In this document: piece after piece, positions 10,294 through 19,672 of the stretch
Numbering within the stretch: the stretch's first letter is position 1
How the letters are laid out: every line of letters begins with the position of its first letter
Source: an uncultured Chloroflexia bacterium
Lineage (GTDB): Bacteria; Chloroflexota; Anaerolineae; CG2-30-64-16
Reading direction: 5' to 3'
NCBI GenBank assembly: GCA_963837925.1
Contig: CAWIPK010000006.1
Span: 107,962-171,961, forward strand
DNA length: 64,000 nt
Notes under the pieces: model-generated
Databases searched by the model: none
Seen by the model: the letters and a program-made list of their open reading frames with translations, nothing else
What the model was told of the DNA's origin: nothing
Program-made: the position numbers and the translations under genes

Positions 10294-11601
10294 ATGTTCG
10301 GAACCGGGATCATCAAGGGGCTGGTCGTAACGATCAAGGAGTTCGTCGAGACCTACGTTGACGACGTCAAGCAAATCCCGAGCCGCTATGCGGGCGGCCG
10401 TGGTGTCATCGACCAGACCAAGAACCTGAGCGACCAGAGCGGCCTCTTCACCATCCAGTACCCGGAAGAGCGCCGAAAATTGCCGGAGCGCTTCCGCTAC
10501 ATCCCGATGCTGATTTATCAGGCCGAAACTGGCGAGGACCTGTGTACGGCCTGCGGCATCTGTGCCAAGGTCTGCCCACCGCAGTGCATCTGGATCGTGC
10601 GCGACAAGGATGAAAGGGGCAAGCCCGTCACCCGACCGGCCGAATTCTGGATCGACGCCAGCATCTGCATGAACTGTGGGCTTTGCGCGGAATTCTGCCC
10701 GTTTGACGCGATCAAGATGAACCACGACTTCGAGATCACGGCCTACGAGCGGATGCCGCACCTGATTTACGGCTTGAAAGAGTTGCGGGTGCCGCATAGC
10801 TACTACGCCAAGATCCGCCCGACCGACTATGCCGCCGAGGAAGCCTGCCGCGCCGAAGAGGCCGCCCGCAAGGCCGCCGCCAAGGCAGGCGGGGGACGAG
10901 CCGCGGCCCGTCCGGCCCCAAGCCCGACGGCTTCGGCTCCCACGGCCGACCGAGCCGGTGGCGATGGCTCGAACGTCGCCACCGCTCCAGCAGCGGCGCC
11001 CGGGCCCGCTGCGGCCGGGCCGCGCAAGCTTAGCCCCGAAGAAATGGCACGCCTGAAGGCGGAAGCGGCCGCCCGACGGGCGGCGAAGGCTGCGGGCGGC
11101 GAGGCGGGCACGGCGGAAAGCCCGGCCGCGTCCGAAACGGCGTCTCCGGCGGCCGGACCGCGCAAGCTGAGCCCGGAAGAGGTGCAGCGCCTGCGTGCGG
11201 AGGCGGCCGCCAAGCGCGCCGCCAAGGCTGCCCAGGAAAGCGCGCCACCGTCCGCGGCGGAGCAGGCTCCCACGGCGCCGCAGGCAGCTGAGCAGGCCGG
11301 ACCGCGCAAGCTGAGCCCGGAAGAGGTGCAGCGCCTGCGTGCGGAGGCGGCCGCCAAGCGCGCCGCCAAGGCTGCCCAGGAAAGCGCGCCACCGTCCGCG
11401 GCGGACGCGTCTGCCTCCACTGCCGCCCGCGAAACCGGCCAGGCTCCAGTTCCGCCGCCGGCGGCAGAGCAGGCCAACCCTCAGCCCGGCCCGCGCAAGC
11501 TCAGCCCCGAAGAAGTCGCCCGCCTGCGGGCGGAAGCGGCTGCCAAACGCGCCGCCAAAGGAGCCACGGAGACGAAGCCGCCGGAGCCAGGCGGCGAGTA
11601 G
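10294..11601 (+). CDS. nuoI: NADH-quinone oxidoreductase subunit I (2x[4Fe-4S]) with an unusual ~260-aa Ala/Glu/Pro/Lys-rich C-terminal extension of four ~47-aa tandem repeats
   Basis: CTACGICAKVCP and CMNCGLCAEFCP ferredoxin motifs within the first ~165 aa. Then four repeats of GPRKLSPEEVxRLRAEAAAKRAAKAA.... Confidence 0.8.
   Translation: MFGTGIIKGLVVTIKEFVETYVDDVKQIPSRYAGGRGVIDQTKNLSDQSGLFTIQYPEERRKLPERFRYIPMLIYQAETGEDLCTACGICAKVCPPQCIWIVRDKDERGKPVTRPAEFWIDASICMNCGLCAEFCPFDAIKMNHDFEITAYERMPHLIYGLKELRVPHSYYAKIRPTDYAAEEACRAEEAARKAAAKAGGGRAAARPAPSPTASAPTADRAGGDGSNVATAPAAAPGPAAAGPRKLSPEEMARLKAEAAARRAAKAAGGEAGTAESPAASETASPAAGPRKLSPEEVQRLRAEAAAKRAAKAAQESAPPSAAEQAPTAPQAAEQAGPRKLSPEEVQRLRAEAAAKRAAKAAQESAPPSAADASASTAARETGQAPVPPPAAEQANPQPGPRKLSPEEVARLRAEAAAKRAAKGATETKPPEPGGE
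11014..11560 (+). repeat. Tandem ~141-bp coding repeats (4 copies; the two central copies are ~108 bp identical at 11157-11264 and 11298-11405) in the nuoI 3' region
   Basis: Identical DNA blocks ggaccgcgcaagctgagcccggaagaggtgcagcgcctgcgtgcggaggcggccgccaagcgcgccgccaaggctgcccaggaaagcgcgccaccgtccgcggcgga. Confidence 0.85.
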
Positions 11602-11656
11602 CCGGAGCGCGCTGCGACTCGACTTGACAGACAGGTTATAATACAGGCGGAATTCA

Positions 11657-11680
11657 GGGGGGCGAGAAATTCTCGCCCCC
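11657..11680 (+). terminator. Perfect GC hairpin (gggggcgaga-aat-tctcgccccc) 55 nt downstream of nuoI. No U-tract.
   Basis: 10-bp perfect stem. Lacks a poly-U tail, so termination activity is uncertain. Confidence 0.3.
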
Positions 11681-11706
11681 ACTGCTAATATCGGCGAGGT
11701 TTGTCG

Positions 11707-12387
11707 ATGGCTCTTCGCATCACGTACCACGGCCACTCTTGTTTCGCTATCGATAGCGATACGTGCAAGCTGTTGATCGACCCATATATCACGGGAAACC
11801 GCAACGCCGACGTTGGGACGGACGACCTGAACCCCGATTACATCCTGGTCTCCCATGCCCATTACGATCACTTGGGAGATACGGTGCCGATCGCGAAGCG
11901 CAGCGGGGCAACGGTGATCACGAATTTGGAGATCGCCAACTACATGGAAGAGCAGGGCCTGAAGGCGCACGCGATGCACATCGGGGGCGCACATCAGTTC
12001 CCGTTCGGCAAGGTGAAGCTGACGATTGCCCACCACGGCTCCAGCTTTGAGGGTGGCCGTTATGGCGGGAACCCTTGCGGTTTCTTGCTCTGGCTGGATG
12101 GCAAAGTGCTGTATCATGCAGGCGATACCGGGCTGTTTTACGATATGACCTTGATCGGCCAGGCCGGCATCGACGTGGCGATGCTTCCCGTCGGCGACAA
12201 TTACACGATGGGTCCGGAGGACGCGGTCCAGGCGGTGCAGTTTCTGCACCCCAAGACCATAATCCTGATGCATTACGATACGTTTGACCTCATCGTTCAG
12301 GACGAACAGGCGGTGGCGAGTTTGATTTCCAGCCAAACTGACACCCGTCCCGTCGTCATGCGGGCTGGGGAGACGATGACGGTCTAG
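11707..12387 (+). CDS. Metal-dependent hydrolase, UPF0173 family (metallo-beta-lactamase fold)
   Basis: ITYHGHSCF...LIDPY, HAHYDHLGD motif. GAGG ribosome-binding site before the ATG at 11707 (track start 11701 is TTG). Confidence 0.75.
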   Translation: MALRITYHGHSCFAIDSDTCKLLIDPYITGNRNADVGTDDLNPDYILVSHAHYDHLGDTVPIAKRSGATVITNLEIANYMEEQGLKAHAMHIGGAHQFPFGKVKLTIAHHGSSFEGGRYGGNPCGFLLWLDGKVLYHAGDTGLFYDMTLIGQAGIDVAMLPVGDNYTMGPEDAVQAVQFLHPKTIILMHYDTFDLIVQDEQAVASLISSQTDTRPVVMRAGETMTV

Positions 12388-12401
12388 ATCGAGGAGGGGC
12401 C

Positions 12402-12848
12402 ATGGACATCGGTGCGCTGGTAGTGGCCATCTTGGCACTTGGTGTGGCCTACGTTGCCCTGCGCCACGCGGCCGCAATTGACAATCGGCTGGCGCAGAGC
12501 GAGGCCGATCTGCAGCGCGCTAAGGCCCAGTGGAATGAGAGCCAAACCCGGCTGGAAGCCCGCTTGCAGGAGATCTCAGCGGACGTGCGGCGGCACGCGG
12601 GCGGGCTGAGGTTCTCACCCAGCATGACGATCGCGGAAGCGCTGCAGGTCGACCCTGGCGTAGCCCGCGTTTTGGCCAGCTTCAACCTCAGTGGGTGTTC
12701 CAACTGCTCGATCAGCGATGTCGATACCCTGGAAGGCGCTTGTCGCAGTTATGGGGTCGACCAGGCAGCCCTGATGGAGGCTCTGGGGAGCCTGCTCGAG
12801 CCAGGAGGTGGCGAGTTGCTGCAAATGGCGCGGGCGGGCCGTAACTGA
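12402..12848 (+). CDS. DUF1858 domain protein with N-terminal transmembrane helix and coiled coil
   Basis: N-terminal hydrophobic helix. C-terminal ...MTIAEALQVDPGVARVLASFNLSGCSNCSISDVDTLEGACRSYGVD matches the DUF1858 (ScdA N-terminal-like) pattern. Confidence 0.5.
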   Translation: MDIGALVVAILALGVAYVALRHAAAIDNRLAQSEADLQRAKAQWNESQTRLEARLQEISADVRRHAGGLRFSPSMTIAEALQVDPGVARVLASFNLSGCSNCSISDVDTLEGACRSYGVDQAALMEALGSLLEPGGGELLQMARAGRN

Positions 12849-12873
12849 GTAGAAACGGTGATTTGAGAAAATT

Positions 12874-13242
12874 ATGTATCCAAAGGCCGAACTCCTTTTC
12901 CCACCCAGGCTAGTGCCGGTGTTACGCAGCCTGCGCGGCCCCGAGTGGGCGGCGCTGGTGGACCGCGTGATGGCCTTGCCGGAAACCGATCCGGACAGCC
13001 TGGCTTTCACTTTGCTGATGATTCGCCTGGACGACTGCGTCAAGTGCCATGAAGGCAGCTTCAAATACATGCGTGGCTGCCACTTGTGTGCCACGCAAAC
13101 CGTCATGCAGTTCAAGGGCAGCGATGCGGACTTGCTGGAGATCTATGGCCGAGCCCGCCGCGACGTAGATGCCTATCTGGCCGGCGAACCGATCGCAGTC
13201 GTCGAGGAAGAAGAGCCCGAAACGCTCGTCGAAGAGCTCTGA
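12874..13242 (+). CDS. Hypothetical protein with CxxC-x10-CxxC zinc-ribbon-like motif and acidic tail
   Basis: DCVKCHEGSFKYMRGCHLC. GC3-rich codon usage consistent with host genes. Confidence 0.45.
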   Translation: MYPKAELLFPPRLVPVLRSLRGPEWAALVDRVMALPETDPDSLAFTLLMIRLDDCVKCHEGSFKYMRGCHLCATQTVMQFKGSDADLLEIYGRARRDVDAYLAGEPIAVVEEEEPETLVEEL

Positions 13243-13298
13243 GCTTGAAGATCGCGAGCATGCCTCAGATCCGCAGCAGAAGCGAGTAGTACCAAGCC

Positions 13299-14621
13299 AT
13301 GACAGGCAAGCGTATCGCGATAGTGGGCGCAGGCGTGGCCGGGCTGGCCGCCGCCTACGATCTGGCGCGTGCTGGGCACAGTGTGACGATCTTTGAGGCG
13401 GCGCCGGACGCCGGCGGGCTCGCGGCGGGGTTCAAGGCGGCGAATTGGGACTGGAGCCTGGAGCGGTTCTACCATCATTGGTTCGCCTCGGACAAGCATA
13501 TGCTCGGGCTGATCGACGAGCTGGGCTGGCGCGACCAGGTGATCTTTCGCCGGCCCTATACTGTGGTCTTCTACGACGGCAGGTTCCAACCCCTGGATTC
13601 CTACGTAGAAGCCCTGAAGTTCAGCTTAGGTCACTTCTCCCTCCCTGATGTGATTCGCTTCGGGGCGGTAGGCGTCTATCTACGGCTCACGCCCTGGTGG
13701 CGCCCCTTGGAGAAGTCGACGGCCGATGCCTGGATGCGGAAATGGGTTCCGGCGCGCGTGTATGACACCATCTGGCGACCGATGCTGATCGGCAAGTTCG
13801 GTGAACAGAACCTGCCCGTCGTCAACATGGCCTGGTTTTGGGCCAGGCTCAAGGCCCGCACGACCCGGCTCGGCACCTTTCAGGGTGGGTTTCAAGCCTT
13901 CGTCGATAAACTGGCCGACGTGGTCCGCGGGCAGGGGACGGAAATCCGCTTGAATTGCCCGGTCGAGAGCATCAGGAGCGTGCAGCCGGGCGGGGCCGGC
14001 CGATTGGTCGTCACGACTGCCTCAGGTCCCGAGACCTTCGACGCTGTCATCTCCACCAGTTCTCCCGCTCTGATGGCCCGCCTGGTGCCCGAGCTGCCGG
14101 CTGAATACAGCGCCAGTTTGCGCGCACTCAAGTCGATGGGTGCGGTGGTGCTGGTGATCGCGCTGAAGCACCAGTTGACTCAGTGGTACTGGCACAACTT
14201 GCCAAAAGAGGCCGGCTTCCCGTTTCTCGCTCTCGTGGAACACACGAACTTCATGGATGCGGAGCATTATGGGGGCGATCATCTGATTTACTGTGGCGAC
14301 TACCTGGGGCCCGACCACGAGTATTTCAAGCTGAGCAAAGACGAGCTGCTCGAGAAGTTCCTGCCCGCCCTGCAGCGCGTCAACCCGGATTTCGAGCGTA
14401 GCTGGGTGAGAGAGGCCTGGCTGTGGAAGACGCCTTACGCGCAGCCCATCCCTCCGGTCAATCACTCGCAGAATATCCCGGCGCTGCAAACACCCGTGCC
14501 CGGCCTCTACTTTGCAAGCATGAGCCAGGTCTATCCATGGGACCGGGGCACCAACTTCGCGGTCGAGATCGGACGGCGCGTCGCCCGGCTGGTCGTGGAG
14601 CAGTTGCCCGCGGCCGTTTGA
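13299..14621 (+). CDS. FAD-dependent oxidoreductase (amine oxidase / phytoene-desaturase / HpnE-like family)
   Basis: N-terminal Rossmann fold [17 protein letters not shown]...IFEA..GG. 440 aa. Confidence 0.7.
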   Translation: MTGKRIAIVGAGVAGLAAAYDLARAGHSVTIFEAAPDAGGLAAGFKAANWDWSLERFYHHWFASDKHMLGLIDELGWRDQVIFRRPYTVVFYDGRFQPLDSYVEALKFSLGHFSLPDVIRFGAVGVYLRLTPWWRPLEKSTADAWMRKWVPARVYDTIWRPMLIGKFGEQNLPVVNMAWFWARLKARTTRLGTFQGGFQAFVDKLADVVRGQGTEIRLNCPVESIRSVQPGGAGRLVVTTASGPETFDAVISTSSPALMARLVPELPAEYSASLRALKSMGAVVLVIALKHQLTQWYWHNLPKEAGFPFLALVEHTNFMDAEHYGGDHLIYCGDYLGPDHEYFKLSKDELLEKFLPALQRVNPDFERSWVREAWLWKTPYAQPIPPVNHSQNIPALQTPVPGLYFASMSQVYPWDRGTNFAVEIGRRVARLVVEQLPAAV

Positions 14622-14633
14622 AGGTCACAGATT

Positions 14634-14693
14634 GCAGGTTGCCAGTCCGGGCGCGACTCTTGCCAACCGGGGACTGCCGACCTGCATCTTTTT
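14634..14693 (+). terminator. Rho-independent terminator (15-bp stem, 21-nt loop, ATCTTTTT) between the FAD-oxidoreductase gene and apbC
   Basis: gcaggttgccagtcc...ggactgccgacctgc followed by a T5 tract. The apbC ribosome-binding site follows immediately, so read-through or partial termination is implied. Confidence 0.55.
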
Positions 14694-14708
14694 GGAGGAA
14701 CCAACAGT

Positions 14709-15785
14709 ATGTTTGGCAAATCAGAAACTCGTCTCACCAAGGACGCAGTCCTGGCGGCCCTGGGTAAGGTGCAGGAGCCTGAGCTGCACCAGGACCTGGT
14801 CACGTTGCACATGGTCAAGGACCTCGAGATCGAGGGCGGGGACGTCTCTTTCACCGTCATCTTGACCACGCCGGCCTGCCCGCTGCGGGCTCAGATCGAG
14901 CAAGAAGCCAAGGCGGCTGTGGCGCGCTTGCCGGGGGTGCGGCAGGTGAACATCAAGCTTGACGCACAGGTGCGTGCGGATAACCGCATTTCGGGCAAGC
15001 TTGATATTCCGGTGAAGAACATTATCGCGGTCGCCAGCGGCAAAGGAGGCGTCGGCAAGACCACGGTAGCCGTCAATCTGGCGGTGGCTCTATCGCAGAT
15101 GGGAGCGCAGGTGGGCATCCTCGACGCGGACATCTATGGGCCCAACGTGCCGATGATGATGGGTGTGCTGGAGATGCCGCCGCCGCAGGCTGAAAAGCTC
15201 GTCCCCCCGGTTGCGTTCGGGGTACAAGTCATGTCGATCGGCTTCCTGGTGCCCGACGGCGAGCCCCTTATCTGGCGCGGCCCGATGCTGCACAAGGCGA
15301 TCCGCCAGTTGCTCACCGACGTCGCCTGGGACAACCTCGACTACCTGATCGTGGACATGCCGCCCGGCACCGGCGACGCGCAGCTCAGCCTGGCCCAGTC
15401 CGTGCCGATGACCGGCGGCCTAATCGTCAGCACACCTCAAGCCGTCGCCCTGGCGGATGCGACGCGCGGCCTGGCCGCTTTCCAGCGGCTGGAGGTGCCC
15501 GTGATGGGAATCGTAGAAAACATGGCGGGCGAGATATTTGGCGTGGGAGGCGGAGAACGCGCCGCCCAGCAGCTAGGCGTCCCCTTCCTCGGTCGCATCT
15601 CGCTGACACCGGCTATCCGCGTCGGTGGTGACGCCGGCCGGCCTTCGGTCGCCTTTGAGCCAGAATCGGAACAGGCCGGCGCGTTCCGGACCCTGGCCGA
15701 GAAGGTCGCCGCCCAGGTGAGCGTGATGAACGCCAGGCGCCCCGCGCCGCAGAAGGCACCGATTAAGCTGGACCTGGGGGTCTAG
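14709..15785 (+). CDS. apbC: Mrp/ApbC family Fe-S cluster carrier ATPase
   Basis: N-terminal DUF59 domain, Walker [10 protein letters not shown], CPxC-like motif region. 358 aa. Confidence 0.85.
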   Translation: MFGKSETRLTKDAVLAALGKVQEPELHQDLVTLHMVKDLEIEGGDVSFTVILTTPACPLRAQIEQEAKAAVARLPGVRQVNIKLDAQVRADNRISGKLDIPVKNIIAVASGKGGVGKTTVAVNLAVALSQMGAQVGILDADIYGPNVPMMMGVLEMPPPQAEKLVPPVAFGVQVMSIGFLVPDGEPLIWRGPMLHKAIRQLLTDVAWDNLDYLIVDMPPGTGDAQLSLAQSVPMTGGLIVSTPQAVALADATRGLAAFQRLEVPVMGIVENMAGEIFGVGGGERAAQQLGVPFLGRISLTPAIRVGGDAGRPSVAFEPESEQAGAFRTLAEKVAAQVSVMNARRPAPQKAPIKLDLGV

Positions 15786-15959
15786 CGAGCGTTCGCCGCG
15801 GAATTGGAAGCCAGAAGCTAGAACCTGACCGGGCCAGACCGGATACTAGGGTCAGTGTTGACGCCGTCGTTCCATTGCCAGCATCGCCGTCACCAGGCAA
15901 CATCCGATGCGGCAACGGCCTAATCTGGTGTCCGGTTATACCCTAGCCTGGTCATCGAC

Positions 15960-15999
15960 GGGCATCAGGAGCCGCGTGCGCCTCTGATGCCCGTTTTTT
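15960..15999 (+). terminator. Rho-independent terminator or attenuator hairpin 20 nt upstream of the E1-alpha start
   Basis: gggcatcag-N15-ctgatgccc followed by gtttttt. Lies in a 235-nt leader with no room for a promoter between it and the ribosome-binding site. Confidence 0.55.
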
Positions 16000-16020
16000 C
16001 ATCTGCGGAGTAATGGTCAT

Positions 16021-17091
16021 ATGCCTGCCCTCACAGTTCAGGAGTTCATCAGCCAAGATTATGCGGCTGACTTGTCGGCCGAGCAGTTGCTCGCCATGTA
16101 CGAGAGCATGCTCCTGTCACGCAAGGTCGACGAGCGCATGTGGATCCTGCATCGCCAGGGGAAAGTGGCCTTTCACATATCGGGCCTCGGGCAAGAGGCT
16201 TGCCAGGTCGGGGCCGCATACGCGATGGAACGCGGCAAGGACTGGCTTCACCCCTATTACCGTGACATGGCTTTCGTTCTCGCTCTTGGGCTGACCCCAC
16301 GCGACCTGATGTTAGCACTCTACGGCAAGGCTGAGGACCCCAGCTCGGGGGGCCGGCAGATGCCCGCGCACTACAGCTCCAAGGATCTGCGGATCATCAC
16401 CGGTTCCAGCCCTGTCGCGACCCAGGTGCCACAGGCGGCGGGTGTCGCCCTGGCCAGTAAGCTACGAGGTCTCGACGAGGTGACGGTCACTTGCCTGGGT
16501 GAAGGCGCGACGGCGCAGGGCGATTTCCACGAAGGCCTGAATTGGGCAGGCATTCACCGGCTGCCGTTGGTAGTGATCGTCCAGAACAACCAGTACGCCA
16601 TCTCGGAATCGACGGACAAGGAGATGGCGGTGCCCAACGTGGCCGACCGCGGCGACGCCTATGGCATGCCCGGCGTGATGTACGATGGCAACGACGTCAT
16701 GGAAAGTTACAGCGTGGCGAAAGAAGCCATCCAGCGTGCCCGCAGCGGGCGGGGTCCGAGCCTACTGGAAGCGAAGACCTACCGGCCGGTGCCGCATTCC
16801 TCCGACGACGACGACCGGACCTACCGCAGCCGGGAGGAGGTTGAGAAATGGAAGCGGCGCGATCCGATCCTGAACTGCGAGAGGGCGCTGCGAGAACGCG
16901 ACATCCTCGACGACGGACTGGCGAAAGACATTCTGGAGCGGGTGATGGCCAAGGTGGATGACGCCGACAAGTACGCGCAGCGCGCGCCCTACCCGCGGCC
17001 CGAAGACGCACTGCGGCCGGTTTTTGGCGACAGATCACGTCCCAGGGAGGGCGCGCCGGCCCGGGAGGTGGCGTATGCCCACCAAGAGTAA
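16021..17091 (+). CDS. 2-oxoacid dehydrogenase E1 component alpha subunit (branched-chain keto-acid / pyruvate dehydrogenase family, TPP-binding)
   Basis: TPP motif GEGATAQGDFHEGLNWA...IVQNNQYAIS. 356 aa. Confidence 0.85.
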   Translation: MPALTVQEFISQDYAADLSAEQLLAMYESMLLSRKVDERMWILHRQGKVAFHISGLGQEACQVGAAYAMERGKDWLHPYYRDMAFVLALGLTPRDLMLALYGKAEDPSSGGRQMPAHYSSKDLRIITGSSPVATQVPQAAGVALASKLRGLDEVTVTCLGEGATAQGDFHEGLNWAGIHRLPLVVIVQNNQYAISESTDKEMAVPNVADRGDAYGMPGVMYDGNDVMESYSVAKEAIQRARSGRGPSLLEAKTYRPVPHSSDDDDRTYRSREEVEKWKRRDPILNCERALRERDILDDGLAKDILERVMAKVDDADKYAQRAPYPRPEDALRPVFGDRSRPREGAPAREVAYAHQE

Positions 17092-18058
17092 CCTCGAGGC
17101 GCTACGCGAGGGGATGGCCCAGGCGCTGCGCAACGACCCGCGCGTCATTATCACCGGCGAGGACGTTGGGCCACGCGGGGGAGTTTTCCGAGCCACCGAG
17201 GGCCTTTACGCCGAGTTCGGGCCGAGCCGCGTCATCGACAGTCCGCTCTCAGAGCTGTCAATCGTAGCCGTCGGCATCGGGATGGCCCTGAACGGGCTGC
17301 GGCCGATCTGCGAGATCCAGTTTGCGGATTTCATTCATCCCGCGTTCAACCAGATCGTCAACGAGGCCGCCAAGATCCGTTACCGTTCGAACGGCGCCTA
17401 CTGCGTCCCGCTGATCATCCGTGCTCCCTACGGCGGAGGCATCAGCGGCGGCCTCTATCACTCGCAATCGATCGAAGCCATTTTCTCGCACACTCCTGGC
17501 CTGTACGTGCTCGCCCCCAGCACTCCGTACGACACAAAGGGGCTGTTCAACGCGGCACTGCAAGTCGATGACCCGGTACTTTTCCTCGAGCACAAGCGCG
17601 CCTACCGGTCGATCAAGGGCGAAGTGCCCGCGGACGACTATCTGGTGCCGATTGGCAAGGCCGAGGTCAAGCGTGCAGGCGACGATCTCACCATTATCGC
17701 TTATGGCATGATGCTGCACGAAGCGCTGAAGGCAGCGGAGACGCTCGCCGGAGAGGGCATTGCCGCCGAGATCCTCGACCTGCGCACGCTCTCACCGCTC
17801 GACAAGCCGGCCATCCTGGAATCAGTCAAGAAGACCGGCAAGGTGCTTGTCGTCCACGAGGACAACCTGACCGGTGGGCTGGGAGGCGAGATCGCGGCCA
17901 TCATCGCGCAAGAAGCCTTCGAGTACCTGGACGGTCCGATCACCCGGCTGGCCGCGCCCGATGTCCCATCAACGCCCTTCAGCCATCCGCTGCAGGATTT
18001 CTTCCTGCCTAATGCCGGCAAGATTGCCGCTGCCGCCCGCCAACTGGCAGCCTACTAA
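17075..18058 (+). CDS. 2-oxoacid dehydrogenase E1 component beta subunit
   Basis: ATG at 17075 overlaps the alpha stop by 17 nt. MPTKSNLEALREGMAQ... is a transketolase C-terminal-like protein. The track ORF start at 16958 is an out-of-context N-terminal extension. Confidence 0.85.
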   Translation: MPTKSNLEALREGMAQALRNDPRVIITGEDVGPRGGVFRATEGLYAEFGPSRVIDSPLSELSIVAVGIGMALNGLRPICEIQFADFIHPAFNQIVNEAAKIRYRSNGAYCVPLIIRAPYGGGISGGLYHSQSIEAIFSHTPGLYVLAPSTPYDTKGLFNAALQVDDPVLFLEHKRAYRSIKGEVPADDYLVPIGKAEVKRAGDDLTIIAYGMMLHEALKAAETLAGEGIAAEILDLRTLSPLDKPAILESVKKTGKVLVVHEDNLTGGLGGEIAAIIAQEAFEYLDGPITRLAAPDVPSTPFSHPLQDFFLPNAGKIAAAARQLAAY

Positions 18059-18069
18059 ACGGAGTCCCC

Positions 18070-19620
18070 ATGTCCACCAAAGTCGTCATGCCACAATTGG
18101 GTGAATCAGTGGTCGAAGGCACTGTCGGCCGCTGGCTGATCGGCGAGGGCCAGCCGGTCAAGGAATACGATCCGCTGTTGACCGTCACTACCGACAAGGT
18201 GGACACCGAGATCCCGGCGCCGGCCTCGGGCACCGTGCTGAAGATACTCGTCGCCGAAGGGCAGACTGTGGCGGCGGGAACGCCCCTGGCCATCATCGGA
18301 CGGCCAGAGGAAGCCGGCGAGGAGGCGCCCGCCGCGCCGGAGCCCGAAAGCACCGGGCACGAGGAGCACGCGGCAGACGTCGAACGGCAGGCCGGCGCAA
18401 CCCCCCTGGCCCAGCGTGTTGCCGAGGAAAACGGCGTGGACCTGCGCCAGGTGAAGGGCAGCGGACCGGCGGGACGCATCACGAAAGAGGATGTCGAGGC
18501 GCTCCTGGCGGCCGGGCAGAGTGAGACCCGATCCCGAGCAGCAGCCGACCGGGAAGGCTCCGGTCACCGACGCTCTGGCCCCAAAGGCTTCATTTCGCCG
18601 GCAGTCGCACGGCTGGCCGAGGAGTTTGACGTGGACCTCAGCCAGATGGTGGGTACCGGCGAGGGCGGGCGGATCACGAAGAAGGATATCCAGGCTTATG
18701 TCGCGGCGCCCGTGCCGCCCGGGCTGAGGGCGACCGCCGGCCGGGTGAGCTCTGAGCGCGGGGTGCCGGATGGCCAGGCCGGGCCGGTCCCCGAGCCGGA
18801 AGTGCCGGCCTGGGAACAACCGGGTACCGGGTCACTCTTCAAGCCGACGGAGGAAATGGCCCTGCCTGTCGAAGAGGGGCAGCCCGACGAGCGAACGGCA
18901 GAGGCGGACGGTGACACGGAGAGAGCGCCGTTGACGGCGATGCGGCGTAGCATCGCGAAACATATGCTGCTGAGCAAACAGACCTCCGCGCACGTGACCA
19001 CGGTCATGGAGGCCGATATGACCCAGGTCGTGCGGGCTCGCGAGGGACGGCGGGGAGAGTTCGAGCGCCAAGGGACGCGGCTGACCTTCACGCCCTTCCT
19101 GCTGCAGGCGATCGTGGCCGGCCTGAAGGCTGTACCGGAGGCCAACAGCACGCTGCAGGGCGACGATCTGCTCTTGCACCGGCGCATCCATATCGGGCTC
19201 GCCGTGGCCATCGCGGAGGGACTGATCGTCCCCGTCGTGCGCGACGCGGACGAGAAGAGCTTGCTGGGCCTGGCGCGGGCGGTAAACGACCTGGCGGAGC
19301 GGGCGCGTGCCAGGCGGTTAGCCCCAGACGAGGTACAGGGAGGGACCTTCACGCTGACTAATCACGGCACCGCGGGCAGCCTGCTCGCCACCCCCATCAT
19401 CAACCAGCCTCAGGCCGGCATTCTGGGCGCCGGCGCGATCCAGAAACGCCCGGTCGTCATCAGCCGAGGCCACTCGCTACTCCCCGACGCCGAAGACTAT
19501 CTGGCGATCCGCCCTATGGTCTACCTGAGCTTCAGCTTCGACCATCGCATCCTCGACGGCGCCCAGGCAGACCGATTCTTGGCAACTGTGGTACAATTCC
19601 TCGAGCATTTTCCGGCGTGA
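18070..19620 (+). CDS. Dihydrolipoamide acyltransferase E2 (one lipoyl domain, two peripheral-subunit-binding domains, catalytic domain)
   Basis: Lipoyl Lys in LTVTTDKVDTEIPAP. Two PSBD motifs: AQRVAEENGVDLRQVKGSGPAGRITKEDV and SPAVARLAEEFDVDLSQMVGTGEGGRITKKDI. Catalytic DHRILDG. Confidence 0.85.
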   Translation: MSTKVVMPQLGESVVEGTVGRWLIGEGQPVKEYDPLLTVTTDKVDTEIPAPASGTVLKILVAEGQTVAAGTPLAIIGRPEEAGEEAPAAPEPESTGHEEHAADVERQAGATPLAQRVAEENGVDLRQVKGSGPAGRITKEDVEALLAAGQSETRSRAAADREGSGHRRSGPKGFISPAVARLAEEFDVDLSQMVGTGEGGRITKKDIQAYVAAPVPPGLRATAGRVSSERGVPDGQAGPVPEPEVPAWEQPGTGSLFKPTEEMALPVEEGQPDERTAEADGDTERAPLTAMRRSIAKHMLLSKQTSAHVTTVMEADMTQVVRAREGRRGEFERQGTRLTFTPFLLQAIVAGLKAVPEANSTLQGDDLLLHRRIHIGLAVAIAEGLIVPVVRDADEKSLLGLARAVNDLAERARARRLAPDEVQGGTFTLTNHGTAGSLLATPIINQPQAGILGAGAIQKRPVVISRGHSLLPDAEDYLAIRPMVYLSFSFDHRILDGAQADRFLATVVQFLEHFPA

Positions 19621-19672
19621 GAAGTCGGCTGTTTTTCGTGTCACGCCGTTCCGGGAAGGAGTAAGCAGTTCC

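Noticed and set aside
11602-11700. TTGACA ... TATAAT-like hexamers downstream of nuoI
   Set aside because: The spacer between them is only 7 nt, which is incompatible with a sigma-70 promoter. Kept only the adjacent hairpin as a low-confidence terminator.
10279-12477. 732-aa minus-strand ORF spanning the nuoI repeats and the MBL hydrolase gene
   Set aside because: Antisense to two well-supported genes. Low-complexity R/G/A-rich translation typical of high-GC antisense frames. No ribosome-binding site.
16958-17074. Track start of E1-beta at 16958. Similar long N-terminal extensions occur for lipA (20605), trpB (61350), aroE (57500), lysY (51703), ilvD (33329), ilvN (41118) and lysW (52517).
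   Set aside because: The extensions are Arg/Pro-rich, overlap the upstream gene, and lack ribosome-binding sites. Conserved N-termini with ribosome-binding sites occur at the internal ATGs used in the feature table.
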